Shown: positions 25,401 to 38,343 of the stretch, in pieces
Position numbering within the stretch: position 1 is the stretch's first letter
How the letters are laid out: every line of letters starts with the position of its first letter
NCBI RefSeq assembly: GCF_000002075.1
Contig: NW_004797349.1
Location: 1,584,776-1,648,775 of the forward strand
Origin: Aplysia californica
Lineage: Eukaryota
Length of the DNA: 64,000 nt
Direction of reading: 5' to 3'
Notes under the pieces: model-generated
The model's input: the letters and a program-made list of their open reading frames with translations, nothing else
The model's database searches: none
What the model was told of the DNA's origin: nothing
Translations under genes and position numbers: made by a program

Positions 25401-28400
25401 AGTAAAATGTAGTACAGCGGGGTCCACTTAAAACGAATACTGTTAATCTGAAAACAGCAGTATGCCAAAATAAAATAAAATCCTTTGGTTTTTTTACTAT
25501 TTGAGCAACTGAAAACCCAGCTAAACTGAAAAAAATCCAGGGGCCTCACTGATTTTACTTTGAGCAGACTCCGCTGCATTTAGATTTTTTTTTTCTGCAC
25601 TTCAAAGTAATGCCTTTTGTGACACCATTGACAGATCTCGTGTCACTGGCCTGCGAAGAGTGACTCTTTACCTCATGCATTTCTTAATACTTTGTAGTGT
25701 GGATGGGGGGAGGGGGTCCTTTCTCGCTTTGGATGGTTCAAACAGGATTCTGCATTTTGTCATTTCACTTCATTTATTTAATTTTAGTGAAATATTAGTT
25801 GAACTGGCAAGATCATTTCTGTTTGCTCACTGTTTGCCTTCCTACATGACTGATGTAACAAAGGTTACAGAAACTGTGCTTTAGAGTATCTTTTTAAGAT
25901 TTTAAGTCACAGTTCTTTTCAAAGATTGGTGTAGTTGTAGTGGTGTCATTGTTCACAGAGAGGTGCAGTTTTAATTCCAAAATAAAACTGTGAGATGAAA
26001 TTGCTGCTAAATGACTGAAGTTTGAGGTGTCTAGTGTTTCCTTGCCTTCATTTTCATATAAGCCTCTTGCAATGAATGCAACATATAAGTCCTTGGGTAA
26101 CCTACTGTCATTTACACTGGTTTGTTAGCAAAGCAAAGTAACATGTTTCTTTGTCCTGTGGTTGTTATGCAACAGGGAATTCCTCTGTGACATATGATTC
26201 TCCTCAGACCCAGCCTGTCCTGACCATTGAACCAGACGATGGCTATCTCTTCTCTGCCAAGTGGTCTCCAGTGCGTCCGGCTGTTTTAGGCGCAGTCACT
26301 GAGAGAGGAAATTTGCTGCTGTACGATCTGAGGGGTGGTCAAATGATTCCTTCACACAAGCTCGAAGCCAGCCCTAATAAAGCTCCTGTCTACAGTTTAC
26401 AGTTCAATCATCACCAGTAAGGCACTTCTTAAACATCTCCCATCTTTTTGACAATGTATTTGGAATAATCAGAGGTCAGATATTTCCACTTCTCATCCTT
26501 AACGGGAGGAGCTACCCTTGAGGACCATTTTCTATGTCTGTTGCCCAAGATCAAATCTAAGTACATATATAATATAAGTTAGGCATAGTAAAATCTCTTG
26601 ATACCCCATTTTATTTTGGCATAGCAACAGCGGTTACTAGGGAAGCGGCCGCCATCTTGAAAATAAACAATGAATTTCAAATCCCTAAGGTTTTCTGACC
26701 AAATTTGACCAAATGTGATGAGAGTATACCTGAACCAGACCCTATCAGAGTAACAGCAAGCTTATTTCAATAAGTGCAACAAAAAAAAAAATATGAGAAT
26801 TTTTCAAAAATATAAAAAACTTTTTAAAAATTTAGACTGCGTAATCGCTTGCCAATGGAAAAGTGTTATTGTTTTCACAAATATCTCTCTGTTACATTAA
26901 TGGCAGCCTTGCCAACTATGTTTCCTGAAAGTTTCATCTCAAAATGGTGAAAACTAAGGAAGGAGTAGGGAAAAAACGGCAAAAAAATTACATTTTGCGA
27001 AAACTGACTATTATTGTGAAAATTCACTATATTAACCCATCGTCATGTTTTCAAAGGCAATTTACGTGGAGAATAAACACTTTCTCGAATGTATCCATGC
27101 TATTTTTGGACAAAAAACAGGTTGATCTTCAAAAGTCAGCCAACAGAAAATGTGCATAGCCTGACCCAAAATCTGCAAAATCAAGGGTCGCTCCTCCCCT
27201 TAAATGACTTCACAGTACACACAAGATATAACAAGCTATCCATTAATTTACTATACACAAGTGTAGACAGTTTCACGACAATTTCAAAATAAATATAAAC
27301 GTAGAGTAAAAATTTCACAATGGCAAGATGCAACTTTAAAATGCTTTCCAATGATGCTAAGTTTATCTTTCTACAAAAATTTTTTTTTAAGTTAATGACT
27401 TTTTCTGACCTAAATAAGCATACACAAGTGCAGCAAGTGTGAGCTGTTTTCAGTCTAACTGTATGGTTACTTTACGGACAACCTATATACAGTGGAACCT
27501 GCCCTGACGGCCACCTCTATAAGACGACCACCTGTACAAATGGCCACATTCCATTTCCCCCCTCGCGTTTTTTCTATATAATTTAACTGTAAAACGGGCA
27601 CCTGTCCAACGCGGCTGCGGCCACCCTTTTTTAACACACAACCCCTATCACACCAAGCAATAACACCTAACCTGTCTTAGACGGCCACCTTAGTGACTCC
27701 ATTACCGGTACGTTTTGTCATAAATCATGCATTGGCCCCTGGCGTTGTGGGCGAGCCGTCATAATCCAATCACCTGTTGTTGTTGTTAGGTAGTCCCTCC
27801 AACCGATCATGTTGCGTAGGCCCCTCCCATTGTTGGCCAATAGGTACCAATTTTCTGCTGCTGGGGAGGTAAGCGTGAGATCCCTCATAACCCATAAGCC
27901 CCGCCCAGAACTCATACACAAATTGTAAGTGAGATGAGTGGTCACTGTTTATCCAGTCTGTAACAAAGTAACAATGGACGTCAGCATGAACTTGTGACAG
28001 AAGCGTTGCTCATTCTCCGAGTGGTGGCGACCCATGAGTTTGTTTTAACATGGCATTCGGTCTTCCTCGTCTACATTTCGTTTTATTGTCACCCTTGTGC
28101 AAAATCAGCAACAAAATAAAAATAACAAACAAAATTCAAACCAGCAACAACAAAAACAATAACAACAATGCGGCTACTTTCGATTGGGACCTCAGATGGG
28201 AATGGTTTGTTTTCCTCATCTTGATCAGTCCTGCCTATGACGGCCACCTGTCTTATATGGCCACTTTTCTCCTTGACAATGGGTGGCCGTCTTACACAGG
28301 TTTGACTGTACTATTTTCATGCGCCCCCCCCCCCCCCCACCCCCGCTCTCTCTTTCTCCCTCCCTCCTTATCCCTCTTTATTCCTCCTTCCCTCTCTCTG

Positions 28401-28640
28401 ACTCTCTCTTTTCCTCTTTCCCTCCTTCCCTTTCTTGAGACTTGAAGAAGTTTTTCAGAAATTGATGATTTGATGTCAAATCACAAATACCGTTCTATTT
28501 TCTCTTTCAGGAAGAAGATTTTAGCGACTGGAGATGGCCAGGGCTACATCCGAGTGTTCAAACTGGGATCATCTCTTACCTCCATGTCTGGGAAAGACTT
28601 GGAAGTTCTAGAGGGAATGGTCAGCACTGGGACGGAATAA
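16433..28640 (+). CDS. DYNC2I2: Cytoplasmic dynein-2 intermediate chain 2 (WDR34); exons 16433-16500, 17701-17785, 18344-18485, 18933-19012, 19896-19948, 20978-21159, 22113-22252, 22889-22968, 23707-23888, 25097-25254, 26208-26416, 28511-28640; 502 aa
   Basis: Twelve exons join in frame (1509 nt including stop) with GT-AG boundaries. Family motifs include [86 protein letters not shown] and LATGDGQG. An acceptor at 16357 suggests an upstream non-coding exon. Confidence 0.93.
19499..19682. mobile_element. MITE family C, copy 2 (WDR34 intron 4)
   Basis: ctgtccccgtcgttttatgca ... tgcataaaaccacggggacag TIRs. Confidence 0.8.
19949..20977 (+). other. U12-type (minor spliceosome) GT-AG intron 5 of WDR34
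   Basis: 5' site GTATCCTTT at 19949; branch point CCTTAAC at 20960-20966, ~11 nt before TAG at 20975-20977; no polypyrimidine tract. Confidence 0.9.
21174..21353. mobile_element. MITE family C, copy 3 (WDR34 intron 6)
   Basis: Same TIRs and internal sequence as copies 1 and 2. Confidence 0.8.
23324..23447. repeat. Minisatellite, ~4 x 33 bp
   Basis: atgaatgtttactcttctttgaaaaagtcatgg-like units in tandem. Confidence 0.65.
24177..25004. mobile_element. Tc1/mariner (Tigger-like) MITE in WDR34 intron 9
   Basis: TIR cagtggaactYggWttcaaYgaa, TA TSD, gttgaatcc repeats. Confidence 0.8.
26503..27199. mobile_element. Kolobok-like non-autonomous element
   Basis: TTAA on both sides; 19-bp TIR (c/g)gggaggagc(t/g)acccttga with purine-rich terminus. 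Confidence 0.7.
27490..28308. mobile_element. Tc1/mariner (Tigger-like) MITE in WDR34 intron 11
   Basis: cagt..aacctg...gacggccacc TIR, TA TSD, repeated cggccacc motifs. Confidence 0.78.
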
Positions 28641-29909
28641 ACCATGCGAAGAAAGACAACGTGACAGAGCAGCAATTTGTTATGAGTGCTCATGACTTGA
28701 ATGTAGCGAAAAAAAGAATCTCTCCTTAGGAATGAACACTTAGAACTTGGTTATCTTACACTAACACAGGTATAATCAATCTCTCTGTAATGTAAAGTGG
28801 CAAGGCAATTTTTTTGTTCTGTTATCGAGTAAAAGATAATTTTGGCAAAAAGTTGCCGTTTTGAGAATATTAATGCATAGATTCAATACTTGTGTAAAAT
28901 AATAAATTATATTATGCTTTGGGGGGATTTGTAGGGTAAGTGGGGAGAGATGTTGCCGATCACTTTTTTTTATCTTCTTCAACTGTGATATGTCGCCTCT
29001 GAAGCGACTCCTGTGAAATTGATGTGGTAATTTTGTTGAGAATTATTTGACAAAGATCAATGAATTTGAATGTGTAATAATAGTGTTGTGATTTTACTAT
29101 ACTGTGGCGTTAGTGTCAAATGAGACTGGTACGGTACCGTATGCATTAAATAAATCTTGATTGTAGATAACACCAGCTGACCCATAGGTTTTCTCAAGTC
29201 ATTTTCGTGTTTTTGTTTTTTTGTATTTTTGTCATTTTGGCTGCGTATATTCCACATTATGTATTTGTGCCCAAAATGAACATTTAAAAGTACAGCACAA
29301 AAGGAAAGATGAAGAGGGGAAAGATGTCGATAGGACTTTGTGAGATAGTAATTTAAGAGCTGGCACCACAGTGACTTAATGTGTTTCTCTTACACCCCAA
29401 CATGCAAACTATGCTCCAGTCAATTCAGCATGGATGGTGATGAGCAACCTCTTACGTGATTCATAAGAACTATGGCACCAACTTAAGTCTTTGGAAATAG
29501 AGGGTCATGTAAAGCATAGAATAACTTGTTGAACCTTTCAAAATGGAAAAGTCTTCTGCAGTAAAAATTTACATTACCGTACCAGGCAACATATCTATGT
29601 GCATGGCAGTAGAAAAATTCTTCGGAAATTGCTGAGTGACTTTTTGAGATGTAAATACAGGGCAGTGTTGACAAGGAAGGGCACCAAAAAAACCCAGCTC
29701 ATTCAGACTAAGAGAAGCTAGTGGTCTCTCAATCAGTAATGAGACATTAGTTCTACAGAGATGCCATAATAAACTTTTGAAAGATTTGATTTCAAAAAGG
29801 TACTGAAAAAGACCTTTACAATATTTACAATGGCTTTTTCGTTTTAAAACTTATCAAATTACAATACCAACTTCTGATTTATATAGCAAAATACTCAGGT
29901 GCTACAGTA

Positions 29910-30711
29910 CAGTCCATGCCGGCTTTAAGCACGGTCATCGGGAGAAAGCTTAAGCGTGCTTAAAGCCGAAGCGTGCTTAAGTGCGAAGTAGACATGATCC
30001 AGAAATTTTCATGTAGAAAATTCCGCGTGCTATTTCCCTTTGTTTGTAAGTAGGCCTATAGCGGTCCCGCAAAAGTGTGCACTGTTATTTAGACACCCAC
30101 CATGGTAGTTTTTGTTCGCTTGTTTGTTTTTGTTTTGTTGTCGAATGGGAAATGAAAACTTAATTTAGACGGCCAGTCACGATACAGCACACTAGACCTA
30201 CTGTAACACACTGCCTGTGCGTACCACTGCCCGCTGTGCCACTCATACCACCGCCTTCATCCCACCTCGCGCGTGATACACAATCAGGATTAATGGATAG
30301 CGAGGGTCAAACGTAAAATCTCAGCCCTTTCTCGTCTCCCCGACTCTCTTTGTATTTTTTTTTTATTGGTCATGTTTAGCTTTGCCCTAGGCCTAGGCTA
30401 GACCCTATGTCCGCGCGCACGGCTGTGTGCATCTCTCTGCCTTCCTCTCCGCCCGTGTGAGTGTGTGTGTCCATCACTTGCGTTCTTTGTGTTTCTCTTG
30501 ACACACTCCACTGCTGCGGTGTAAACTGTGTTCGAACTTCGATGGGTCATCATGAAAATATTGACTGTCTTGTAAATGAAGCGTGCTTGAAGCCGAAGTT
30601 ACCGTGCTTATAGGCGTGTAATTTATATAGAAAAAATTCGGTAAGAGCCGTTTAGCGTGCTTGAGGCCGAAACGTGCTTAAGGCCGGCGTGCTTATAGCC
30701 GGCATGGACTG
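29910..30711. mobile_element. MITE family A, copy 2 (inverted relative to copy 1)
   Basis: Reverse complement of 3143-3942 at high identity; TA TSD. Confidence 0.88.
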
Positions 30712-30859
30712 TATTAAAGTCAATGAAACAAACAGAAACTTGGAAAGGATTTCCTTTTCTTCTTCTAAAGTAGATGTTTTTACGCCCCCCCATCAACACA
30801 ATTTAGATCATTTATGAAGCGAGCTTCCGACCTAGCTTGTCAGAGCCAACCCAGGCTGA

Positions 30860-30985
30860 GTAGACAGCATCCCAACAGAAAGACCAAGATACTCAATAAA
30901 AATTTCCTCCCCAGTCAAGAATTGAAATCGGGTCTCCTGCATGCCATAGCAAAACACCCAACTGCTACACCACCGACGCCGGAAA
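30860..30985 (-). mobile_element. Degenerate tRNA-derived SINE head
   Basis: Minus strand ggcgtcggtggtgtagcagttgg...gatttcaattct resembles decayed A/B boxes. Confidence 0.4.
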
Positions 30986-31649
30986 TTGGAAAGGAATTTG
31001 AGAAAGTGATAGAACAAACCATGAAAAAGAATCAATGAGAATGATATTTCCATCGTAATACATGTAAAGTTTTAAGTACCGCTAAAGTAAAAACACTGTA
31101 TTTTTCACTTCATTTTTTAAATGTAGTTTATTCAGACATTCATGAAAAGTAAAAGACATAACAACGAGAAAACAAAATTTAGACCAAAACTGGCAGACAA
31201 ACAAAACAATGGGTACACACAAGTTACTAGTGTCTATGACCAGTTGATTTGAGACAAACAGGTGACTAAAGGGTTGGCAGACAAAGATATACTAAAATCA
31301 ATTTTATTGCAGCAGTTGGAAAGGTAAACCAAATAAATTATTTTTTGAGGAACTAATTCTTTCAGAGGTTCAGAGATTAGTGCACACAACAGACAATAAT
31401 GAACACAGCCTCGCTATTTCCAGTCTGTTCTTGTTGAGGGAAACTTCACATCCATAATACCATACAACTAGTTATCTACCTTATATTACGAGGAGCCAAA
31501 AAGGAGAAGACTAACTTGAAAAAGAGACAGCTGTAGTGTCCTGTAGATTATCACCCTGAATACAGTATTACATGTTACTCTTGTGTAATCAAGGTTAAAT
31601 AACACACACTTTCAAAATTCTAAGCGTCCTGCACAGTGTGGTGTTAAAC

Positions 31650-32790
31650 TTTTCAAAGTGAGGCCACTCATCAAAAGTCTCAAAGGAAAGTTCAAAGCTA
31701 CTGTTGCGGAAGAGACAGGCCTACTTGCCGCAGACAAGCAAATTGTCCCATTCAAAGGCAAGTTGAAGACTTACAACCCCAAGAAGCCTAACAAATGGGG
31801 CTATAAAATCTATGTTCTGGCAAGTGCTCAAGGCCTGATCCTCTACAAGGAATTCTCCACTGGACAAATTGACCCCATGGAAGGCCAGCCAGACCTAAAA
31901 GCCTCAGGAAACATTGTGCTGCCACTGCTCCAGCCAATCCCTCATGGCCAGTGGCATAAACCGTTCACAGACAATTGGTTCACCTCACCCGCCCTCTTCA
32001 CCACTCTTCACAGCCAACATACTGGTTGTGAGGGCATGGTTCGTGCCAATAGGCTGCTAGGATGTGCTCTACCATAAGACAAAAAACTGAAGAGCCAGCC
32101 AAGAGGGGGCATTTGAACTTATGACCACCACGCATGAAGGAGTCGACCTGTATGCTTTGAAGTGGCATGACAACAAATGTGTGTCCCTGCTGAGCACATG
32201 CTGTGCTGCTGCTCTAATGGACACAGCAAATCAGTGGGACACGGACATGCGGGCACAAGAAAAAGTGGCTGTTCCGCTTCCTCCCATGGTAACTACCTAC
32301 AACAAATTTATGGGTGGTGTGGATGCTCTGGACGGTCTGCTGGCCCTGCACAGGATCCCTGTACAGTCAAAGAAATATTACCACCACATTATTTGGTACC
32401 TCTTAGACACAGCATTGGTTTAGGCCTGGCAGCTCTACAGGAGGGACATGGTTTTACTGGGTGTCAGCGCGAAGGACCAGCTTCCACTTCTGGTCTTCAA
32501 AAGAAGTGTGTCCAGGTGTCTGACCAAGGAGGGAAAACCAGTTGGAGGGGTGAAGTGTGGTCGCCCTTCCTTGACAATGGACATGCAGCTGGCTGCAAAA
32601 GCCAAGAGAGGGCCTATTGCTCCCATCCCAGACAAAGCAATCCGCTCTGATGGCATTGGTCATTTGCCAGTGTTTTCAGACAAAAAGGGACGGTGCAAGA
32701 GGCTAGGCTGACTGCAAGGGCACTCCAAATGTGCAGTGCCTCAAGTGTGCTGTTTATCCTTCTCAAGTACTTCAAAAAAGAGAAAGCACT
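31650..32790 (+). pseudogene. Decayed piggyBac (PGBD-like, DDE_Tnp_1_7) transposase
   Basis: Fragments DKQIVPFKG, YNPKKPNKWGYKIYVL, FTDNWFTS, KWHDNKCV, YNKFMGGVDALD, D..GHLP...KGRCK; stops and frameshifts; no TIRs found. Confidence 0.88.
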
Positions 32791-33874
32791 GTGGTGGCCA
32801 AACAGTGTCCATCACAAAATTCTTACAAAAAATGTAACTGTAACCACTATTTTAGTGGTGTTAGGGAAGACTGTGATAGGACATTTAGTTTGTAAATGGT
32901 AGGGAAGACTTTATAGTGATAGGACACTTAGGCATGTGTTTATTTTATATAGTTGAAGTTGGTGAATTTCATCCTTCCTGTGAAGCATACATATCACACA
33001 ACATCCCACCTCCTTATTTTAACTCTACTGCCATCAGGTTGGTAACATAAGAAGGCAGCACTGCGTAGCCCATCACTTGGCGCTCAGCTCTTGCCCTGAT
33101 CACACGCGTTTTTGCGGTACTTGTGTTCTTCTGGAACGGATTACCTTTATCCTCGACAGACGGGTGATGTAGAAACTTTTATATACTACTTCTCTTATAT
33201 TGTTCAATTCGTTTTTACAGATAATTTCAACTAACATTTTATACTACGCACTGAGTTTTTATTGGTGAAGAACTCGGGGAGGAAATTTTGGGCTGAAAAT
33301 TGGATCCTTACCTTCATCTGCGCACATGAGTTTGTTTGATTTAGATTCATAATTGGTCTTGTCTGCTTTATAAGTGAAACTGTGTATTTGTCTTCTTGGC
33401 AATATTATTCTTAGCCTTTGGGGCAAAATCGGTTTCTGGCCTTCTGGGCTCAGTTGATGAGTTATTATTAGCCTTCAGTTCAAAATTGATCATAGCCTTC
33501 TGGGCAAAATCTTTTAAAATATTTCTCCTGAGCATTTCTGTTCATAACTTTCTACCTTCTTGGTAAAATTTTGTTCAGCCTTCTGGGCAATCAAATCCCG
33601 CATCTGTTCTGGATCCTTGGCAATCTTGATTTAAGCTCTCTTTCTAAGTTTCAGGTCCAAATTATGGACAAAGATCAGATATCCCTTCAAGAAAAAGGGG
33701 AGATAGATGGGACGGAAAACGTAAATGAAGAAATGACAACAGAGAGAGATGAGGTGAAAGATTTGATCAAACAAAATCGTAACATTATGACAAGTGTAAT
33801 GCAGCTCATTGCATCACAAAATAGGAAAAGAAAATGCTCTGCTTCCTCCTCTTCGTCATCATCATCACCAATGT

Positions 33875-34520
33875 GCTGATCTTGACTGACAGTCAGTCCC
33901 TCTACAAGGGACTGCTAGGAAACAGCTCGGACATGAATGATTTGCGCCGCAAGTTCAGTGAAGCAACAGCCACAATAAAAATCCAGTGGATTCCAAGCCA
34001 TGTTGAAATAGAAGGAAATGAGGCAGCAGACCAAGCTGCTAATGAAGCCAGAGAGATTGAAGGAGACAGACGACCAACAACATACAGAGGAGTCTTTCCA
34101 ATAATCAAGAGGGAAATCAGAGACCCACCATGTAGAGCTAAGTACCAACACCTGGAAGATGTGTATTCTGGGTACTCCTATGCGCGGGAACAAAAATCTA
34201 TCACATTTCGCTGGGACCGGGTTGAGCCAGTGAGACTACTGAGACTGCGGTCCGACCATCATTGGAGCTTAAGATGGTATAAGAACTTTGTAAATGAACA
34301 GCTCAGCCCATGTTGCCGAAGAGGCGGCCATGAAAAGGAGGATGTCAAACATATGTTTGAATGTCCAGGAACAATGGCAATTCGAATATAGTTATTTGGA
34401 CGTTGGACGAGTGGAGGTGCCGCTAAGCATATTGACAATGGAGCCGAAAAAGATCCTCGCTCTCGCTCGAAGATTTCTTTGTGGAGTCCGCCAGGCCCAT
34501 TAAGGAACTGATACCTACAA
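33875..34520 (+). mobile_element. 5'-truncated RNase H-bearing LINE fragment nested in DIRS gag
   Basis: LTDSQS...QWIPSHVEIEGNEAADQAA (non-LTR RNase HI) followed by a CCHC-like C-terminus (PCCRRGGHEKEDVKHMFECP); gag-like sequence resumes afterwards. Confidence 0.8.
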
Positions 34521-35331
34521 CTTGGTCAGGAGGACCTTGGCTAAGACTGGTTGGGGGAAGAGAGCATTTTAGATGCTATCGCGGAAATGGCATCCAGCTA
34601 TAAATCAGACCCCTCACAAGAAGGAGCGGCCCACACTGGGAAACATGATATCCGTGGGGAGACTGAGGTGTCGGATGAAAGGTACCCAGAAAAAGACTGG
34701 TACCAAGAGGCAACAGGGGAATAAGAAATTGATGAAGAGGTGGGCGAACCAATTGAGGAAAATTTGGTCGGATTCATTGAGAAGACAATGCCAGAGCCTA
34801 TGAAAGATGAAAAACTGAAAGACAACATTCAAAGGTACAAAAGACCAAGAAACTCTCGCACTCACAGTCAGGCGGACAAACAAACCGATATGGAATCTTT
34901 TGAATAATTTTCAAAAGAAAAGAGATGTGAAACTAGTTTCTCAACAAAAGAACATCGCAAAAGCAGTAACAGCTATTGCTAAATCGGCTGAAATAGGAAA
35001 ACAGATGGCCAAGTCCACAAATAATGAGAACAACATAAAAAATGCAAAACAAGCTGTCAAGGCCTTCACCGACGCAATGTCGATCCTGGGACATGCCCAG
35101 CAAAAGATTACATGACAGAGAAAAAAACCCCAAAAAAACGGCGATTCCAATTGAGTCGCAGGGTATCTGTGACATGGTTTCTGATGGCTACGACTTGCTG
35201 TTCGGAGAAGAGATGGAAAAGACGAAGAAAGAGGCGCGAGAACAAAAGAGACTGACGTCATCATTTCATGCAAGCCAGGGGAAAAGGCGAGGCCATTTTT
35301 TAGGCCGAGGGAACCACCGCGGGGCCCTGCT

Positions 35332-37350
35332 TTGGAGAGGTCAGAAGAGGAGGGGCCAAGCCAACTATGCTCTTCGCGGCCCGTACACAACGACCAATTG
35401 GAGTCAGTCAAAAAAGGCGTAGTAATGACACGAATAGACGGAAAGCAGGTAAGAGTTGAGGATGGAGAAGTGAAGCGATTGCTGGTACTTAAGACCAAAA
35501 GATTTAAAGCTGGACAAATAAAGCATTGTCTGTCCCAATGGCAGCGACTAACATCAGATAAAGCTGTTTTGGCTTTGGTACGAGGAACTGAAATAGACCT
35601 CACAGAACAGCAAGAAATTATGGGCAAAAATAAGTCCGATTCAAGTTTCTCTATGAGCAGGGAAGAAAAGATAATGGTAGACAGAGAAATAGAATCCCTC
35701 TTAGAAAAAAGGGTAATATTTAAATCAAATCATGAAGATGGTGAATTCATTTCTGGCATTTTTACAAGAGAAATCCGATGGTTCACATAGAGTGACACTA
35801 AATTTGAAAGAATTCAACAAAAATGTTGAATACATAACGTTCACAATGGAGACACTGAAGAGTGCATTAAACCTAGTATCTCAGTATTGTTGGCTTGCCA
35901 GTGTAGATCTGGTTTCAGCATATTATAGTGTTCCCGTTAGACAACAGGACAGGAAGTATTTAAAATTCTTATGGAAAGGCCAGCTGTACGAGTATACATG
36001 CTACGTACAGAAACGGATTAGCTCAGTGCCCGAGGTGTTTTACCAAGATCACACAAAAAATCTATGCACACCTTCATGGATTAGGTCATATAGCCACAGG
36101 ATATTAGGATGTTTCACTGCTTATAGCGAAAGACCAAACTGCATGCTTTGAAAACATAACTGATACAATTTCAATAATCGATGAATGGGGTTTGTTGTCC
36201 ACCCTGAAGAATCAGTCCTCTCACCCACTCAAGAGATTGTATATCTTGGCTTTGTAATAAATTCCAATGACCATGGCATTGACTGAAAAGAGGAAACAGG
36301 CAATTTTGAAAAATAGCGAAGAGATTTCCAGCAATCACATTCAACCAATCAGAAATGTACCCCGTTTAGTTGGCCTATTTGTAGCAAGCATTCCTGCTGT
36401 ACCATATGGCCCTTTGTACTACAGAACTCATTTGGCATTGAAACGTAATGGCAATAATTGGAACAAATCCATGCCCCTCTCCTCAGAGGCATTGAAAGAA
36501 ATTGATTGGTGGAAACATAATGTGACTTTTGCTTTTAATCCTATCACCAGGTATGATCTGCAGTCAGTCATAAAAACGGACGCTAGTTTAAAAGCATGGG
36601 GTGCTGTTTGCAATGAAGTTAGAACTGGGGGCTCCTGGTCAGTAGAAGAAGCAGGCTTACACATAAATGTCCTGGAAATGTTTGCAGCTTTTATGGGACT
36701 GAAATCATTTGCAAAAGAAAAGAGTAACATACATGTCAAAATAGTTACACACAGAACTGCCACTATGGGTTGTCTGAACAAAATGAGATAATCCAAATCC
36801 ATGGAGCTCAACAGGCTGAGTAAAATAATATGGGATTGGTGCAGGCCGAGAGGCATTTGGCTGTCAGTAGCCAGAATAGTAGGTACGGACAATACTGAGG
36901 CTGATTATGTGAGCAGACATGTCAATCTAGATACGGAATGGAAACTCAATTCAGACCTCCTGATACATGCACTGAGTGTGTTGCAATACTTTCCTGAGAT
37001 TGATCTTTTTGCACCAAGATTAAATCATCAGTTCAGACATTACATGTCATTCAAGCCTGACCCAGATGCACTGGGGATAGATGCTTTCACGAGAAACTGG
37101 AGTAATACAAAGTTTTATGCTTTCCCACCTTTTTGTTTGTTATCTAGAGTCCTTCAAAAAGTCATCCAGGATGAAGCAGTTGGAGTGATTGTGGCACCTT
37201 ACTGGCCAGCTCAGCCATTCTTCCCCATGTTGATGAGACTTCTGGTCGACAGTCCAGTTCTTATCTCAGCAAGGAAAAACCTTCTACATCAACCCAGTCG
37301 TCCAGACACTCACCACCCACTTCACAACAAGCTAAGACTTCTTATGCAAA
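35332..37350 (+). pseudogene. DIRS pol (RT-RNase H-methyltransferase), frameshifted
   Basis: KSDGSHRVTLNLK, LASVDLVSAYYSVP, YLDD decayed to Y*DV (TAG at 36105), DASLKAWG, NTEADYVSR, DLFA/FPPF. Confidence 0.88.
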
Positions 37351-38343
37351 GTGTTGGGGAGAGACTCAGAACCCAAGGCTTTATTCTCCAAAAGCTACCG
37401 AAGTCAACATGGCCTCGTGGAGGCCAGATACCAAAAATGTTTACTCCACATATATTTCCAAATGGGAAAGGTACGCTGCTACAGTCAAAGTGGATCCAGT
37501 TTCACCACCTACAGCAGCAGCCATAAATTTTCTGGCAAAATTACATGAGAAACGGGCATCACAATCGGCAGTATGCATTGCTAGGTTAGCACTATCATGC
37601 GATTTAAATATTCCAGACTTCGGTAACCTTGACTGTGTCAAACGATTTATAAAAGGGGCTTTTGAATAAAAATCCATCATTGCCAATGAAAAGCATGACT
37701 GGCTCATGGGATCCGCATCAGGTCTTAACTTTTGTGGAGCCTTGGGATCCTCACGAGTCCCTCTCCTTGAAAGAATTCACTTTAAAACTCACCATGTTAT
37801 TGGCCTTGTTATCGGGACAAAGAGCACAAACTATTCATAGTTTAGATATCAAGAGTATGGAAATAAGCAAGAACAAATAAATGTACATGCTATTTTCCAA
37901 AATTATTGAAACACTCAAGGAAAAGTCACCACCAAGAACCCTTGGAATTTTTAGCATTCAAAGATAATCCAAGCTTATGTATTGTCAGCATCCCGAAAGA
38001 ATATCTGAAAAGAATACAGTCATTATGAACTCATATCAATGAGTCACGTTTGCTCATCAATCATCAGGCACCACACAAACCTGTCAGCAGAAACACTGTC
38101 AAAAGGTGGATAAAAACACTCATGGAAATGGCTGGTATTGATGTTACAACCTTTACTGCTCACAGCACAAGAGCTGCCAGTACATCTGGTGCATTGAAAT
38201 CAGGAGTGCCAATACAGACCATACTGAGCGTGGCTGGCTGGTCGCAAGAAAGTACATTTGCTAAGTTCTATAAGAAAAATATAAGACAAAATTTTGGCCA
38301 AAGCCTTTTGGACTCTTATTTCGCCAAAACAGACAACATTTGA
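37351..38343 (+). pseudogene. DIRS tyrosine recombinase, frameshifted
   Basis: SWRPDTKNVY, LTMLLALLSGQRAQT, FTAHSTRAASTS, AGWSQESTFAKFY across broken frames. Confidence 0.88.

Noticed and set aside
36801-37350. Horizontally acquired bacterial/phage DNA methyltransferase gene
   Set aside because: It occupies the normal position of the MT domain in DIRS pol, between RNase H and YR.
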